Positions 19,955 through 29,065 of a stretch of DNA of 64,000 nt are shown in pieces. The stretch is from positions 96,001-160,000 of the forward strand of contig JASGJN010000026.1 of the NCBI GenBank assembly GCA_049840735.1, given 5' to 3'. The first letter of the stretch is position 1. Each line of letters opens with the position of its first letter. Source of the DNA: Anaeromyxobacter sp. (GTDB taxonomy: Bacteria; Myxococcota; Myxococcia; Myxococcales; Anaeromyxobacteraceae). The notes under the pieces are model-generated. The model was not told the DNA's origin. It saw only the letters and a program-made list of their open reading frames with translations, and did no database searches. The position numbers and the translations under genes are program-made.

Positions 19955-22135
19955 ATGAAGCGCGTCCGCGTCGCCCTCCTGTGGCACATGCACCAGCCCC
20001 TCTACCGCGAGCCGGAGACGGGCGAGTACCTCATGCCCTGGGTCCGGCTGCACGCGACGCGCGCGTACAACGACATGGCGTGGATCCTGGAGCGCCACCC
20101 CGGCGTCCGCTGCACGGTCAACTTCGTGCCGGTGCTGCTGGAGCAGCTCGATGACTACGTGGAGGGGCGGGCCCGCGACCGGTTCCTGGACCTGACCGCG
20201 CGCCCGCCGGGCGACCTCACCGCCGAGGAGCGCCAGACCATCCTGCGGTCGTTCTTCATGGTGGGCTGGGAGACCAACATCCAGCCGCTGCCGCGCTACT
20301 GGGAGCTGCTCCAGAAGCGCGGCCGGGACCTGCGCCACGTGGACCTGGCCAAGCTGGCCCAGGGCTTCGGCGACCAGGAGCTCACCGACCTCCAGGTGCT
20401 CTTCAACCTGGCGTGGATGGGCTTCGGCGCGCTGGCTGACGAGCCGGCGCTGCGCGCGCTGCGGGAGAAGGGGCGGGACTTCACCCGCGCCGACGTGGCC
20501 ACGCTGCTCTCCGCCCAGTCGAGCATCGTGGCGGGGATCATCCCGCGCTGGCGGCGGCTGCAGGAGCGCGGGCAGGTGGAGCTCTCCTCCACGCCCTACT
20601 ACCACCCCATCCTCCCGCTGGTCTGCGACACCGACGCGGCCCGCCGCGCCATGCCGGGCGCGCACCTGCCGCCGCGCTTCGTCCACCCCGAGGACGCGCG
20701 CTGGCACGTCCGCGAGGCCGTGGCCACGCACGCCCGCCGCTTCGGCGCGCCGCCCGCCGGCATGTGGCCGGCGGAGGGCTCGGTCTCGCCCGAGGCGGTG
20801 GAGGTGCTGGCCAGCGAGGGCGTGCGCTGGGCGGCGAGCGACGAGGGCGTGCTGCTCCAGTCGCTGGGGCCGGGCGCCTCGCGGCTGCGCTCGCTCTACC
20901 GCCCCTGGCGCGTGACCGCCGGGCCGGGGCGCGAGCTGGCCATGCTCTTCCGCGACCGCTCGCTCTCCGACGTGATCGGCTTCACCTACTCGAAGGTGGC
21001 CGCCAAGCACGCCGTGCAGGACTTCATCGCCCATCTGCAGGGCGTGGGCGAGGCCTGGCAGCACGAGGGGCAGCCCGGCCCGGCCACCGTGGGCGTGTTC
21101 CTCGACGGCGAGAACGCCTGGGAGCACTACCCGAACTCCGGCCACGAGTTCCTGGACCGGTTCTACGGCGCGCTGGAGTCGCACCAGGACCTCCAGACGG
21201 TGACGCTCTCCGAGGCCACCGCCGACGCGCCCGGGCCGGTCATCCCGCGCATCCACTCCGGCTCCTGGATCGAGGCCAACTACCGGATCTGGATGGGCCA
21301 CGCCGAGGACCGGCAGGCCTGGGCCGCGCTGGGCAAGGCGCGCGAGATCGTGGCGCAGGCCGAGGCGGCCGGGACGGTGCCGGCGGAGCGGCTGGAGCGG
21401 GCCCGCCGCCACCTGTACGCGGCCGAGGGCTCGGACTGGTACTGGTGGTACGGCGAGGACTTCACCACCGAGCTGGCGGCGGAGTTCGACGGCCTCTTCC
21501 GCAACCACGTGATCCGGGCCGCGCTGCTGTGCGGCGCCCACCCGCCGCCCGAGGCGCTCACGCCCATCAAGCGCGCCGGCGGCGCCTCCGCCACCGGCCT
21601 CGAGGCGAAGCCGCTGCGCGAGCCGACGCTCCTGCTCACGCCGGAGCTGGACGGCAGGGAGACCACCTACTTCGAGTGGCAGGGCAGCGGCCTCTACCGC
21701 CCCGGCCAGCACCGCGGCTCGATGTTCGGCGGCGCGCAGGCCTTCCACGTGCTGCGCTACGGCTTCGACCTGGACGCGCTCTACGTCCGCCTCGACCCCG
21801 CCGAGTCGCCGGCCCGCTCGGCCGAGGTGGCCACGCACCTGCGCCTCACCTTCATGCTGCCGGACCGCCAGGCCTGGCTCGACTTCCCCATCCTGCCCGA
21901 CGGCCAGCGCCACGCCGGCCAGCTGCAGGGCAAGGCCGCCGGCCAGATCGCCTTCGCGCAGGTGGTCGAGCTGGCCGTCCCGTTCCGCGCCCTGGACCTC
22001 CCGCCCGGCCTGCAGGTGGCGGTGAGCGTGACCGCGCTCCGCAACGAGGTCGAGGTGGAGCGGCTGCCGCGCTACGGCTTCCTGCACTTCACCGTGCCGG
22101 ACGCCGACTTCGAGCGGGTGAACTGGCGGGTGTAG
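19955..22135 (+). CDS. Glycoside hydrolase family 57 (amylopullulanase-like)
   Basis: WHMHQP, YYHPILP, WPAEG, FRD..LSD, LDGENAWE, AEGSDWYWW. Confidence 0.93.
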   Translation: MKRVRVALLWHMHQPLYREPETGEYLMPWVRLHATRAYNDMAWILERHPGVRCTVNFVPVLLEQLDDYVEGRARDRFLDLTARPPGDLTAEERQTILRSFFMVGWETNIQPLPRYWELLQKRGRDLRHVDLAKLAQGFGDQELTDLQVLFNLAWMGFGALADEPALRALREKGRDFTRADVATLLSAQSSIVAGIIPRWRRLQERGQVELSSTPYYHPILPLVCDTDAARRAMPGAHLPPRFVHPEDARWHVREAVATHARRFGAPPAGMWPAEGSVSPEAVEVLASEGVRWAASDEGVLLQSLGPGASRLRSLYRPWRVTAGPGRELAMLFRDRSLSDVIGFTYSKVAAKHAVQDFIAHLQGVGEAWQHEGQPGPATVGVFLDGENAWEHYPNSGHEFLDRFYGALESHQDLQTVTLSEATADAPGPVIPRIHSGSWIEANYRIWMGHAEDRQAWAALGKAREIVAQAEAAGTVPAERLERARRHLYAAEGSDWYWWYGEDFTTELAAEFDGLFRNHVIRAALLCGAHPPPEALTPIKRAGGASATGLEAKPLREPTLLLTPELDGRETTYFEWQGSGLYRPGQHRGSMFGGAQAFHVLRYGFDLDALYVRLDPAESPARSAEVATHLRLTFMLPDRQAWLDFPILPDGQRHAGQLQGKAAGQIAFAQVVELAVPFRALDLPPGLQVAVSVTALRNEVEVERLPRYGFLHFTVPDADFERVNWRV

Positions 22136-22190
22136 CGGCGTTCTCCCGCTGAGCCGTGCTCCGGATCCGTTCGGCCTTCTATGAAGCGGC

Positions 22191-22485
22191 GTCCCCGGTC
22201 AAGGGCCGGTGATGTCGTTTGTCCTGAAGCCTGGGCGGCGCTGGTTGGCCATCGGTCAGGGAGTCAGGCGAACGCGAGTTCCATCAGCCTTCTATTCGCG
22301 CTCAACAGGGGCGGCAGTGCCGCCGGCGCAGTGGGGGATTCGAGCAGGGGGCGCCATCTGAGCGACGGCCGTTCCTGGTGACCGGCCAAGGCCGAACTCG
22401 CGCTCACCCTGTCTCGAAACCCGCTTTCGCCTCACTCCCGGATCTCCGGCCCGGCGTCCGCCCGACTGGGTCCGATTTCGGTCGT
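22191..22485 (-). ncRNA. Putative bridge/seek RNA of the IS1111 element (boundaries approximate)
   Basis: Non-coding region downstream of the transposase with target-matching segments at 22388-22397 and 22354-22364 and element-end-matching segments at 22279-22295, each framed by short stems. Confidence 0.75.
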
Positions 22486-23525
22486 CTAGGCCATCGCGTT
22501 TCCCCTGCAGGTGCGGCTGCCGTCGAAGTCCTTCCCGTCCCTCATCATCGCGAACAGGATTCCGGAGAGTTTGCGCGCCAGCGCCACGACGGCGACTGCG
22601 CGTCCCCTCCGCCGGTGGATCTTCCCCGCCCATTCGCGCAGCGGTAGCGACTCTGCGCTCTTGCTGCGCAAGACGCAGTGCGCGGCCTGGACGAGAAGCC
22701 AGCGCACCCTGGCGTTGCCGGTCTTGGTGATCCGCCCCTTGCGCTGTTTCTCGCCCGAGCTCAGCTCGCTAGGGACCAGGCCGCAGTAGGCGGACACCTG
22801 CTGGGCACTCTGGAAGCGCTTGGGATCATCGATGACGACGTCGTATGCGATGGCCGTCACGATGCCCACGCCTGGCGCCGTCGTGAGCCTCCGTACCACT
22901 GCGCTGTCGCGGGCGATGGCCTCGAGGTCAGCGTCGGCCTTGGCGATCCGGGCGTTCAGCGTGTCGAACATCAGCAGCAACGGCTCGATCTCGTCGCGGA
23001 CCTCGTCCGGCAGGGCCCATCTCATCTCCCAACACCACCCGCGCGAAGTGCTCGGCTTCGCAGCTCGGGGCCCGTAGCCCGTGGCTCCGCAAGGACGTCC
23101 GGGTCACCGTGATGAACCGCGACCTGGTGCGGACCAGCGTGTCTCTCACCGACAGGCGGACAGCGACCGTCCGCCGGGATTCCGACCTCCGGTGGGCCGC
23201 TCGGTAGGTCCCTGAACGGCAAGCCTCGGCCAGCGCTCGGGCATCTCGCCGATCTGGTCTTTACCCGCCTCGTCCGCGTCCCGTACATCGGCGCGTAGTT
23301 CGGGTCGGCCACGATCACTTCGTGCCCGAGCGATTCGATGTGCCGCGCCACCCATTCGCTTTCCGTGGAGGCCTCCAGCAGGAGCTTGGCCCGCGGCCTG
23401 TTCGCGAGCACCTCGGCGAACCGGTCGGCCCGGGTGGGGATCCGCACCTCCAGAACCCCGCCCTCCGCGTTCAGGATGCAAAGCTGGCTGTCCTTCTTGT
23501 GCAGGTCGATGCCAATATGGTCCAC
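22486..23525 (-). CDS. IS110-family DEDD recombinase/transposase (two apparent frameshifts, ~23255 and ~23020)
   Basis: GIDLHK, LEAS, KT[D]RRDA after correction, PGVG, GLVPSELSSG, GRITKTGN, VALARKL. Confidence 0.92.
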
Positions 23526-23612
23526 GGCTGGTCTCCACTCTCTGCGGCTCTGACCGCGTTGTGGGGCATTCGTGCCACCACCCCGAGGTGGAGGCCAGCC
23601 GCTTCATTCCAT

Positions 23613-23651
23613 CTGAGCGTAGCGAGCCCGCAGGGCTCGCGGAGTCGAAGG
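23613..23651 (-). repeat. Remainder of the REP interrupted by the IS (other part at 22167-22177)
   Basis: CTGAGCGTAGCGAGCCCGCAGGGCTCGCGGAGTCGAAGG, same hairpin as the copies at 5979 and 18550. Confidence 0.9.
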
Positions 23652-23763
23652 CCAGGGGTTCACTTCCAGGCACCTCCTCCCGATCTTGCTGGATCTGGCA
23701 AACCGGTTGGCTATACAAACTGAACCGAGGGTAGGGCCCGACTGGACCGGGCCGGGGGGACGC

Positions 23764-24999
23764 ATGACCGCGAACGAGGGCACGCCAACGCTCCAGGAGT
23801 GGACGGAGCGGTACGAGCAGTGGACGGGCAAGGACCTGGGGTTCAGCCGCGTGGCGGCGGGGCTGTTCCTGCTGGTCGGGGCGGGGTTGGTGCTCGCAGA
23901 GCACTGGCGCTGGGCGTACGTGGCCGTCGCGGCGGCGCCCGTGTTTATCTGTCTGGCCCGGCTGATCGAATCCAGCGTCCATCGCTGGACGGCGCTCAAG
24001 CGCGCAGACCTCGAACAGCCCATCCGACCGCGGCCTCGGGAGCTGGGGTGGGTCGCACTCGGGATCGGCGTGGCCGCCGGCATGGTCGTCCTGGGCTGGC
24101 CAGAGTTCTGGATCGGGTTCGATCCCTGGTTCTTCTTCGGGCTCGCGCTGCTGATCACCGCCGCGGCGTTCGCCGTGGGGCTTCCGATCGTGGGGGAGGA
24201 TACGTCCTGGGCCGCCGTGCTGCTGGCTGGTGCCGGAGGTGCATCGCTCCTCTCGGAGGCCGGGGTCCTGGGCGCGGCGGTCGTCTCCGGATCCGGCCTC
24301 CTGCTGCTCAGCACCGGCGCTCGCGTGGCGCGCGACTACCGGCGCACGCGAAAAGGCTTCGTCGCGGCCTGGAGCGAGGCGCTTCGCAGGTCGCCCCCGC
24401 AGCGCGACCTCGTCAGGGTCGCGTACGACACCCGCAGCCTGGCCACGCTCTCCGCCCACGCGCGCGGCGTCGGAGACGTGATCGTGGGTCTCTGGATGTT
24501 GGCGGCTGCCGGGTTCAACGAGCTGTTTGGAGCGTCAGTCGGTCTGCCCATGCTCCTTGGGACGCTGCTCGTGTACCTGGCGGTCCTGGCGCCGGCGCGC
24601 CGCTACTACCAGCGGACCGGGCTCGTAGCCGCCGATCCCGGAAAGCTGATCTCGAAGATGCGAAGGATCGGGCTGCCGCTAGCCATCGTGGTCCTGCTCT
24701 TCCAGGCGTCCTTCGCGGCGATGATGCTGCACGGGGCGACGCGCTGGATCTGCATGGGGCTCCTCATCACGCCGGCGGCCCTGCTCCCGTGGGTTGCCAA
24801 CGGGAACCTGGATGCATTCATGGTGATCCCGCTGTCGCAAATCCCGTTCACCGTGGTGCGGGATCCGGGCGTCAACACGATGACCTGGGTGGTCCTGGGC
24901 ATCTCGCTGGCGGCGTTCGGCCTCTTCGGCCACGTCAGGTTCCAGCAGCTCAGCGCGAAGCTCCGCGGACCGCCTCCTGGCGAAGCAGCCTCCACATGA
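23764..24999 (+). CDS. Multi-pass membrane hypothetical protein
   Basis: About 12 hydrophobic segments; GGGGGA SD; stop overlaps the next ATG (ATGA). Confidence 0.7.
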   Translation: MTANEGTPTLQEWTERYEQWTGKDLGFSRVAAGLFLLVGAGLVLAEHWRWAYVAVAAAPVFICLARLIESSVHRWTALKRADLEQPIRPRPRELGWVALGIGVAAGMVVLGWPEFWIGFDPWFFFGLALLITAAAFAVGLPIVGEDTSWAAVLLAGAGGASLLSEAGVLGAAVVSGSGLLLLSTGARVARDYRRTRKGFVAAWSEALRRSPPQRDLVRVAYDTRSLATLSAHARGVGDVIVGLWMLAAAGFNELFGASVGLPMLLGTLLVYLAVLAPARRYYQRTGLVAADPGKLISKMRRIGLPLAIVVLLFQASFAAMMLHGATRWICMGLLITPAALLPWVANGNLDAFMVIPLSQIPFTVVRDPGVNTMTWVVLGISLAAFGLFGHVRFQQLSAKLRGPPPGEAAST

Positions 25000-25298
25000 A
25001 GCCCCCCCACGAGCAGCTCCTCCAGCTCGACCGCGTCATCCACGAGCCGGCGCGGCTGGCCATCCTCACCATCCTGGCCGCGGCCCAGGAGGTGGGGTTC
25101 CGCTACCTGGAGTCGTCCACCCGGCTCACCAAGGGCAACCTCTCCTCGCACATGTCCAGGCTGGAGGCGGCCGGGTACGTGGAGATCCTGAAGGCGTTCC
25201 AGGGCAAGACGCCGGTGACGAGCTACCGGATGACGCCGGAGGGGCGGAAGGCGCTCAAGGCGTACCGGCTGCAGCTCTTGTCGGGGCTGGAGGGGTGA
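24996..25298 (+). CDS. Winged-helix (ArsR/MarR-like) transcriptional regulator
   Basis: LDRVIHEPARLAIL..L, LTKGNLSSH..RLE.AGYV, T.Y..T.EGR. Confidence 0.88.
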   Translation: MKPPHEQLLQLDRVIHEPARLAILTILAAAQEVGFRYLESSTRLTKGNLSSHMSRLEAAGYVEILKAFQGKTPVTSYRMTPEGRKALKAYRLQLLSGLEG

Positions 25299-25325
25299 GC
25301 CGTCGTCCGGCAGGGCACTCCCTGG

Positions 25326-25374
25326 CCTTCGACTCCGCCGCGCCCGGGGGCGCGGCTACGCTCAGGCCGAACGG
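25326..25374 (+). repeat. REP-like element (contains an empty IS target)
   Basis: CCTTCGACTCC-GCCGCGCCC-GG-GGGCGCGGC-TACGCTCAGGCCGAACGG. Confidence 0.88.
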
Positions 25375-25428
25375 GGGGTGAAACGCCCGAGCGCGCTCAG
25401 AAGGCTCCTCACGCACAGCTGCGCCCGC

Positions 25429-25804
25429 TCACGGCCACACGTTCACCCCCGCCTTCCCCTCCCACCCCTTCGAGCGGATCACGCAGAAGCGCTGGCCGGT
25501 GGGCGCCTCCATCACCCACCAGCGCTTCACCCAGCCGATGCGCTTCGCGCCCAGCTTCTCCAGGCGCGCGACCTCGGCCTCCTGGTCGTCGGTCTCCGAT
25601 GTCGAGGTGCACGCGGCTGGGGTGGTCCACCCGCTGGACCTCCACCGCCAGGTCGCGCGCGTCGGCGTGGAGCCCGACGTAGATGTCGTCCTCGCGCTCC
25701 TCGCGCGGCGCCATCCCCAGCGCGCCGCTCCAGAAGCGCGTCGAGGCCTCCAGCTCGTTCCCCTCGCAGTCGATGATGAACCCTGCCAGCCGGCTCCTGT
25801 GCAT
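25429..25804 (-). CDS. VOC/glyoxalase-like protein (+1 frameshift at ~25596)
   Basis: MHRSRLAGFIIDC...FWSGALG...PSRVHLDI[E]TDD.EAEVARLEKLGA...WWVMEAPTGQRFCV. Confidence 0.85.
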
Positions 25805-25940
25805 GCCCCCGTCTAGCGCGATCGCAGACTGCGCGAGCGTCAGCCGAGGGGGCGTCCCCGTCCAGGGCGCGTCGCAGGGATCGAAGCCGACGGCCGGCGC
25901 CGGGTGTATGAGGACGAGGTATCCAACCAAGGAGGACCCC

Positions 25941-26351
25941 ATGGGCCTGCTGGACGATCTGACCAAGAACCTGGGCGGCGCGGCGCTGGGCGGCGGGCAA
26001 GCGGGCGGGGGCGCGCAGGGCGGGCAGGGGGCGCTGATGCAGGCGGCCATTCACTGGCTGTCAAGCGGCGGGCTGCAGCAGGTGATGGGCGCGCTCCAGC
26101 AGCAGGGGCTGGGCCACCTGGTGGACTCCTGGGTCTCCACCGGCGCGAACAAGTCGATCTCCCCGGACCAGCTGGGCAAGGCCATCGGGCCGGATCAGCT
26201 CGGCAAGCTCGCGAAGGACTCCGGGCTCGACACCGGCGCCGTCACGCAGCAGCTCTCGACGCTGCTGCCTGGGCTGGTGGACAAGCTCTCACCGGGCGGA
26301 AAGCTGCCTGACCTCGGCGCCGTGGGCGGCCTGCTCAAGGGGCTCTTCTGA
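25941..26351 (+). CDS. YidB/DUF937 family protein
   Basis: AAGGAGG SD; MGLLD...GGL...GLG..V.SWVSTG.N..ISPDQL...LP.LVDKLSP.G. Confidence 0.88.
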   Translation: MGLLDDLTKNLGGAALGGGQAGGGAQGGQGALMQAAIHWLSSGGLQQVMGALQQQGLGHLVDSWVSTGANKSISPDQLGKAIGPDQLGKLAKDSGLDTGAVTQQLSTLLPGLVDKLSPGGKLPDLGAVGGLLKGLF

Positions 26352-26513
26352 TCGCACCCGTGGGCGGGGGCGACGCCGTAGGTTGATCTCCTACATGCGC
26401 TTTGTGGAGAGAAGCCCCGTTCCCACGGGAATTGCCCGTTGCGTCGGGTCATGCAAGGGTGCACGCGACCGGGCTCGGGGCGGGCTCGGATAGACCGGTC
26501 AGGAGTCAACGTC

Positions 26514-27443
26514 GTGCCCGGCGTGAAGCCGACCATCTTGCTGGCCGAGGACAGCCCGACCAACGCTGTCCTGCTGATGCTGTTGCTCGGCGACGACCAC
26601 GACGTGCTGCTGGCCCGCGACGGCCGGCGCGCGGTCGAGGTCGCCAAGACCGAGCAGCCCGACATCATCATCATGGACGGCATGATGCCGGTGCTGGACG
26701 GCTTCGAGGCCTGCGCGAAGCTGAAGGAGGATCCGGTCACCGCCGGCATCCCCATCATCTTCCTGACCGGCCTCGAGGACGAGGAGCGGGAGATCCGGGC
26801 GCTCGAGCTGGGCGCCTTCGACTTCATCTCCAAGCCCATCCGCCCGGCCCTGGTGCGCGCCCGCATCCGCAACTGCCTGGAGCTCAAGCGCCAGCGCGAT
26901 CTGCTGGCCCAGCTCTCCTTCACCGACGGCCTCACCGGCCTGGCGAACCGCCGCCGCTTCGACGAGGTGATGGAGCTGGAGTGGCGCCGCGCCGCCCGCG
27001 CCCGCCGGCAGCTCTCGGTGCTGCTGATGGACGTCGACTGCTTCAAGCTCTTCAACGACACGCGCGGCCACGTGGCCGGCGACGACTGCCTGCGCCGCGT
27101 GGCCATGGCCGCCGCCACCGCGATGCGCCGCCCCGGCGACCTGCTGGCCCGCTACGGCGGCGAGGAGTTCGCCTGCGTGCTGCCGGAGAGCGACCTCGAC
27201 GGCGCGCGCTTCCTGGCCGAGCGGATCCGCGAGCAGGTCGAGGCGCTGGGCCTGCCGCACCCGGCGTCCAAGTGCAAGCCGGTGGTGACGGTCTCGGTGG
27301 GCGTGGCCACCGTGGTCCCGGGCGACGACCGCGAGCCGGGCTGGCTGCTGGAGGCCGCCGACCGCGGGCTCTACCTGGCCAAGGAGCGCGGCCGGAACCA
27401 GGTCGGCGTGGCGCTGGCCGACTCCAGCATCGCCGCGGCCTGA
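26514..27443 (+). CDS. Response regulator diguanylate cyclase (REC-GGDEF)
   Basis: ILLAED, MDGMMP, DFISKP; DGLTGLANRR, RPGD I-site, RYGGEEF; AGGAG SD; GTG start assumed. Confidence 0.92.
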   Translation: MPGVKPTILLAEDSPTNAVLLMLLLGDDHDVLLARDGRRAVEVAKTEQPDIIIMDGMMPVLDGFEACAKLKEDPVTAGIPIIFLTGLEDEEREIRALELGAFDFISKPIRPALVRARIRNCLELKRQRDLLAQLSFTDGLTGLANRRRFDEVMELEWRRAARARRQLSVLLMDVDCFKLFNDTRGHVAGDDCLRRVAMAAATAMRRPGDLLARYGGEEFACVLPESDLDGARFLAERIREQVEALGLPHPASKCKPVVTVSVGVATVVPGDDREPGWLLEAADRGLYLAKERGRNQVGVALADSSIAAA

Positions 27444-27514
27444 TCCGCGCGTCGAGGCTCGAGCCGCGTCCCGCGCCTGGAGCGCCGCCGCCGCGCTCGT
27501 GTATCCTCGCGCCC

Positions 27515-27982
27515 ATGAGAAGCCCGCTCCGCGCCCTGCTCCTGGCCGCGCTCGCCCTCCCCGCCGCGGCCGCCGCCGCCCCGTGGACCGGGGCGCAGCA
27601 GAAGGCCTTCCTCGAGCAGTGCCGGCAGCCCGGCACGCCCGGCGCGGACGTGAAGGGTTACTGTGAGTGCATGATGGACCGGGCGCAGGGCATCGCGTCC
27701 TACGAGCAGCTCACCACCCCCGGCGCGCCCGGCGAGGTGGAGAGGAAGCTGGACGCGGCCATGGCCACCTGCCTCGACGCCGACCCGGCGCAGTACCAGG
27801 CGCTGCTGGTCCAGCGCGAGAAGGCCTGCACCGCCGCGGGTGAGTCCGCCGCCTGGTGCGCCTGCGCGCGCAAGTGGACGGCCGGCCGCTGGGCCAGGCT
27901 CTCGGCCCTGGTGACCTCGCTGATGGACGACGAGGCCCGCAAGGCCGAGCGGGCCAAGCTGCTCAAGGCCTGCCCCAAGTAG
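27515..27982 (+). CDS. Secreted Cys-rich hypothetical protein with two similar halves
   Basis: Signal peptide; repeated C...(Y/W)CxC...C pattern. Confidence 0.7.
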   Translation: MRSPLRALLLAALALPAAAAAAPWTGAQQKAFLEQCRQPGTPGADVKGYCECMMDRAQGIASYEQLTTPGAPGEVERKLDAAMATCLDADPAQYQALLVQREKACTAAGESAAWCACARKWTAGRWARLSALVTSLMDDEARKAERAKLLKACPK

Positions 27983-28080
27983 CCGCAGTCCCTGGGCGCG
28001 TCCCGTGTCCCTGGGAGCCCCGCTTGCCGCAGCAAGGCGTGGAGCGGCGGCAGGGCCCTCGTGTATCCTGCCCCCCTCTC

Positions 28081-28977
28081 ATGGCCGAGACCGATCCGCC
28101 GACCCGCAGCCGCCAGACCGGGGAAGCCCCGGCTGTCGGCAGCCCGTTCTCGGTCGTGATGGTGCGCGGCCCGGCGGCCGGCGTGCGCGTGCCGCTCGAG
28201 GGGGAGGTGGTGGTCGGGCGCGACCCGCGCTGCGAGCTGCCGGTCCCCTCCGGCGACGTCTCGCGCCGCCATGCCCGCATCGTCCCCGAGGGCGACGGGC
28301 ACCGGATCATCGACCTCGAGTCCACCAACGGCACCTTCGTCAACGGCCGCTCCGTGCGCGACCACCGCCTGGCGGCCGGCGACCGGATCGAGCTGGGCTC
28401 CTGCGTGCTCCGCTACCTGCGCCAGGGCGAGGCCGACGCCGAGGACATCGCCGCGCTGGCCGAGCTGGTCCGGCGCGACGCGCTGACCGGACTCGCGAAC
28501 CGCCGCGCCTTCGAGGAGGCGCTGCGCCGCGAGGTGGCCCGCGCCCGCCGCGCCGGCGACCTGCTCTCGGTGGTGGCCATCGACGTGGACCACTTCAAGA
28601 ACGTGAACGACGAGCACGGCCACGCCGCCGGCGACCAGGTGCTGGTGGAGGTGGCCTTTCGCGCCGCCAGCGCGCTGCGCACCGAGGACCTGCTGGCCCG
28701 CATCGGCGGCGAGGAGCTGGCGGTGCTGCTGCCCGGGGCCACGCTGCCCGCGGCGGCGGAGGTGGCGGAGCGGATCCGGCGCGCGGTGGCGGATCGCACC
28801 GTGAGCGTGCCGGACGGCGAGGTGGCGGTGACGGTCTCGCTGGGCTGCGCCACGCTCGCGCCCGGCGAGTCGGATCCCAGCAGCCTGGTGGCCCGCGCCG
28901 ACGCGCGGCTCTACGACGCCAAGCGCGCCGGCCGCAACCGCGTGGTCTTCGCGACCGTGCCGGCCGCGGCCCAGTAG
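28081..28977 (+). CDS. FHA-GGDEF diguanylate cyclase
   Basis: FHA: VGR, VSRRHA, DLESTNGTFVNG; GGDEF: DALTGLANRR, DHFK.VND..GH, RTED I-site, RIGGEEL. Confidence 0.9.
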   Translation: MAETDPPTRSRQTGEAPAVGSPFSVVMVRGPAAGVRVPLEGEVVVGRDPRCELPVPSGDVSRRHARIVPEGDGHRIIDLESTNGTFVNGRSVRDHRLAAGDRIELGSCVLRYLRQGEADAEDIAALAELVRRDALTGLANRRAFEEALRREVARARRAGDLLSVVAIDVDHFKNVNDEHGHAAGDQVLVEVAFRAASALRTEDLLARIGGEELAVLLPGATLPAAAEVAERIRRAVADRTVSVPDGEVAVTVSLGCATLAPGESDPSSLVARADARLYDAKRAGRNRVVFATVPAAAQ

Positions 28978-29065
28978 GAGCCACCCGGGCAGGCGTCCGG
29001 CCCCGCGCCCCGGGGGGTACCTTTCGACTGCGGTGAGGGGGTCCGCGGGTTATCCTCCGCGCCGC

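Larger units (their letters stand above)
22178..23614 (-). mobile_element. IS110-family, IS1111-subgroup insertion sequence (~1437 bp) inserted in a REP-like repeat
   Basis: Sub-terminal 10-bp IRs ATGAAGCGGC (22181-22190) and GCCGCTTCAT (23598-23607); CT core on both sides (22176-22177, 23613-23614); removing the element restores CCGTTCGGC-CT-GAGCGTAGC of a REP. Confidence 0.92.
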
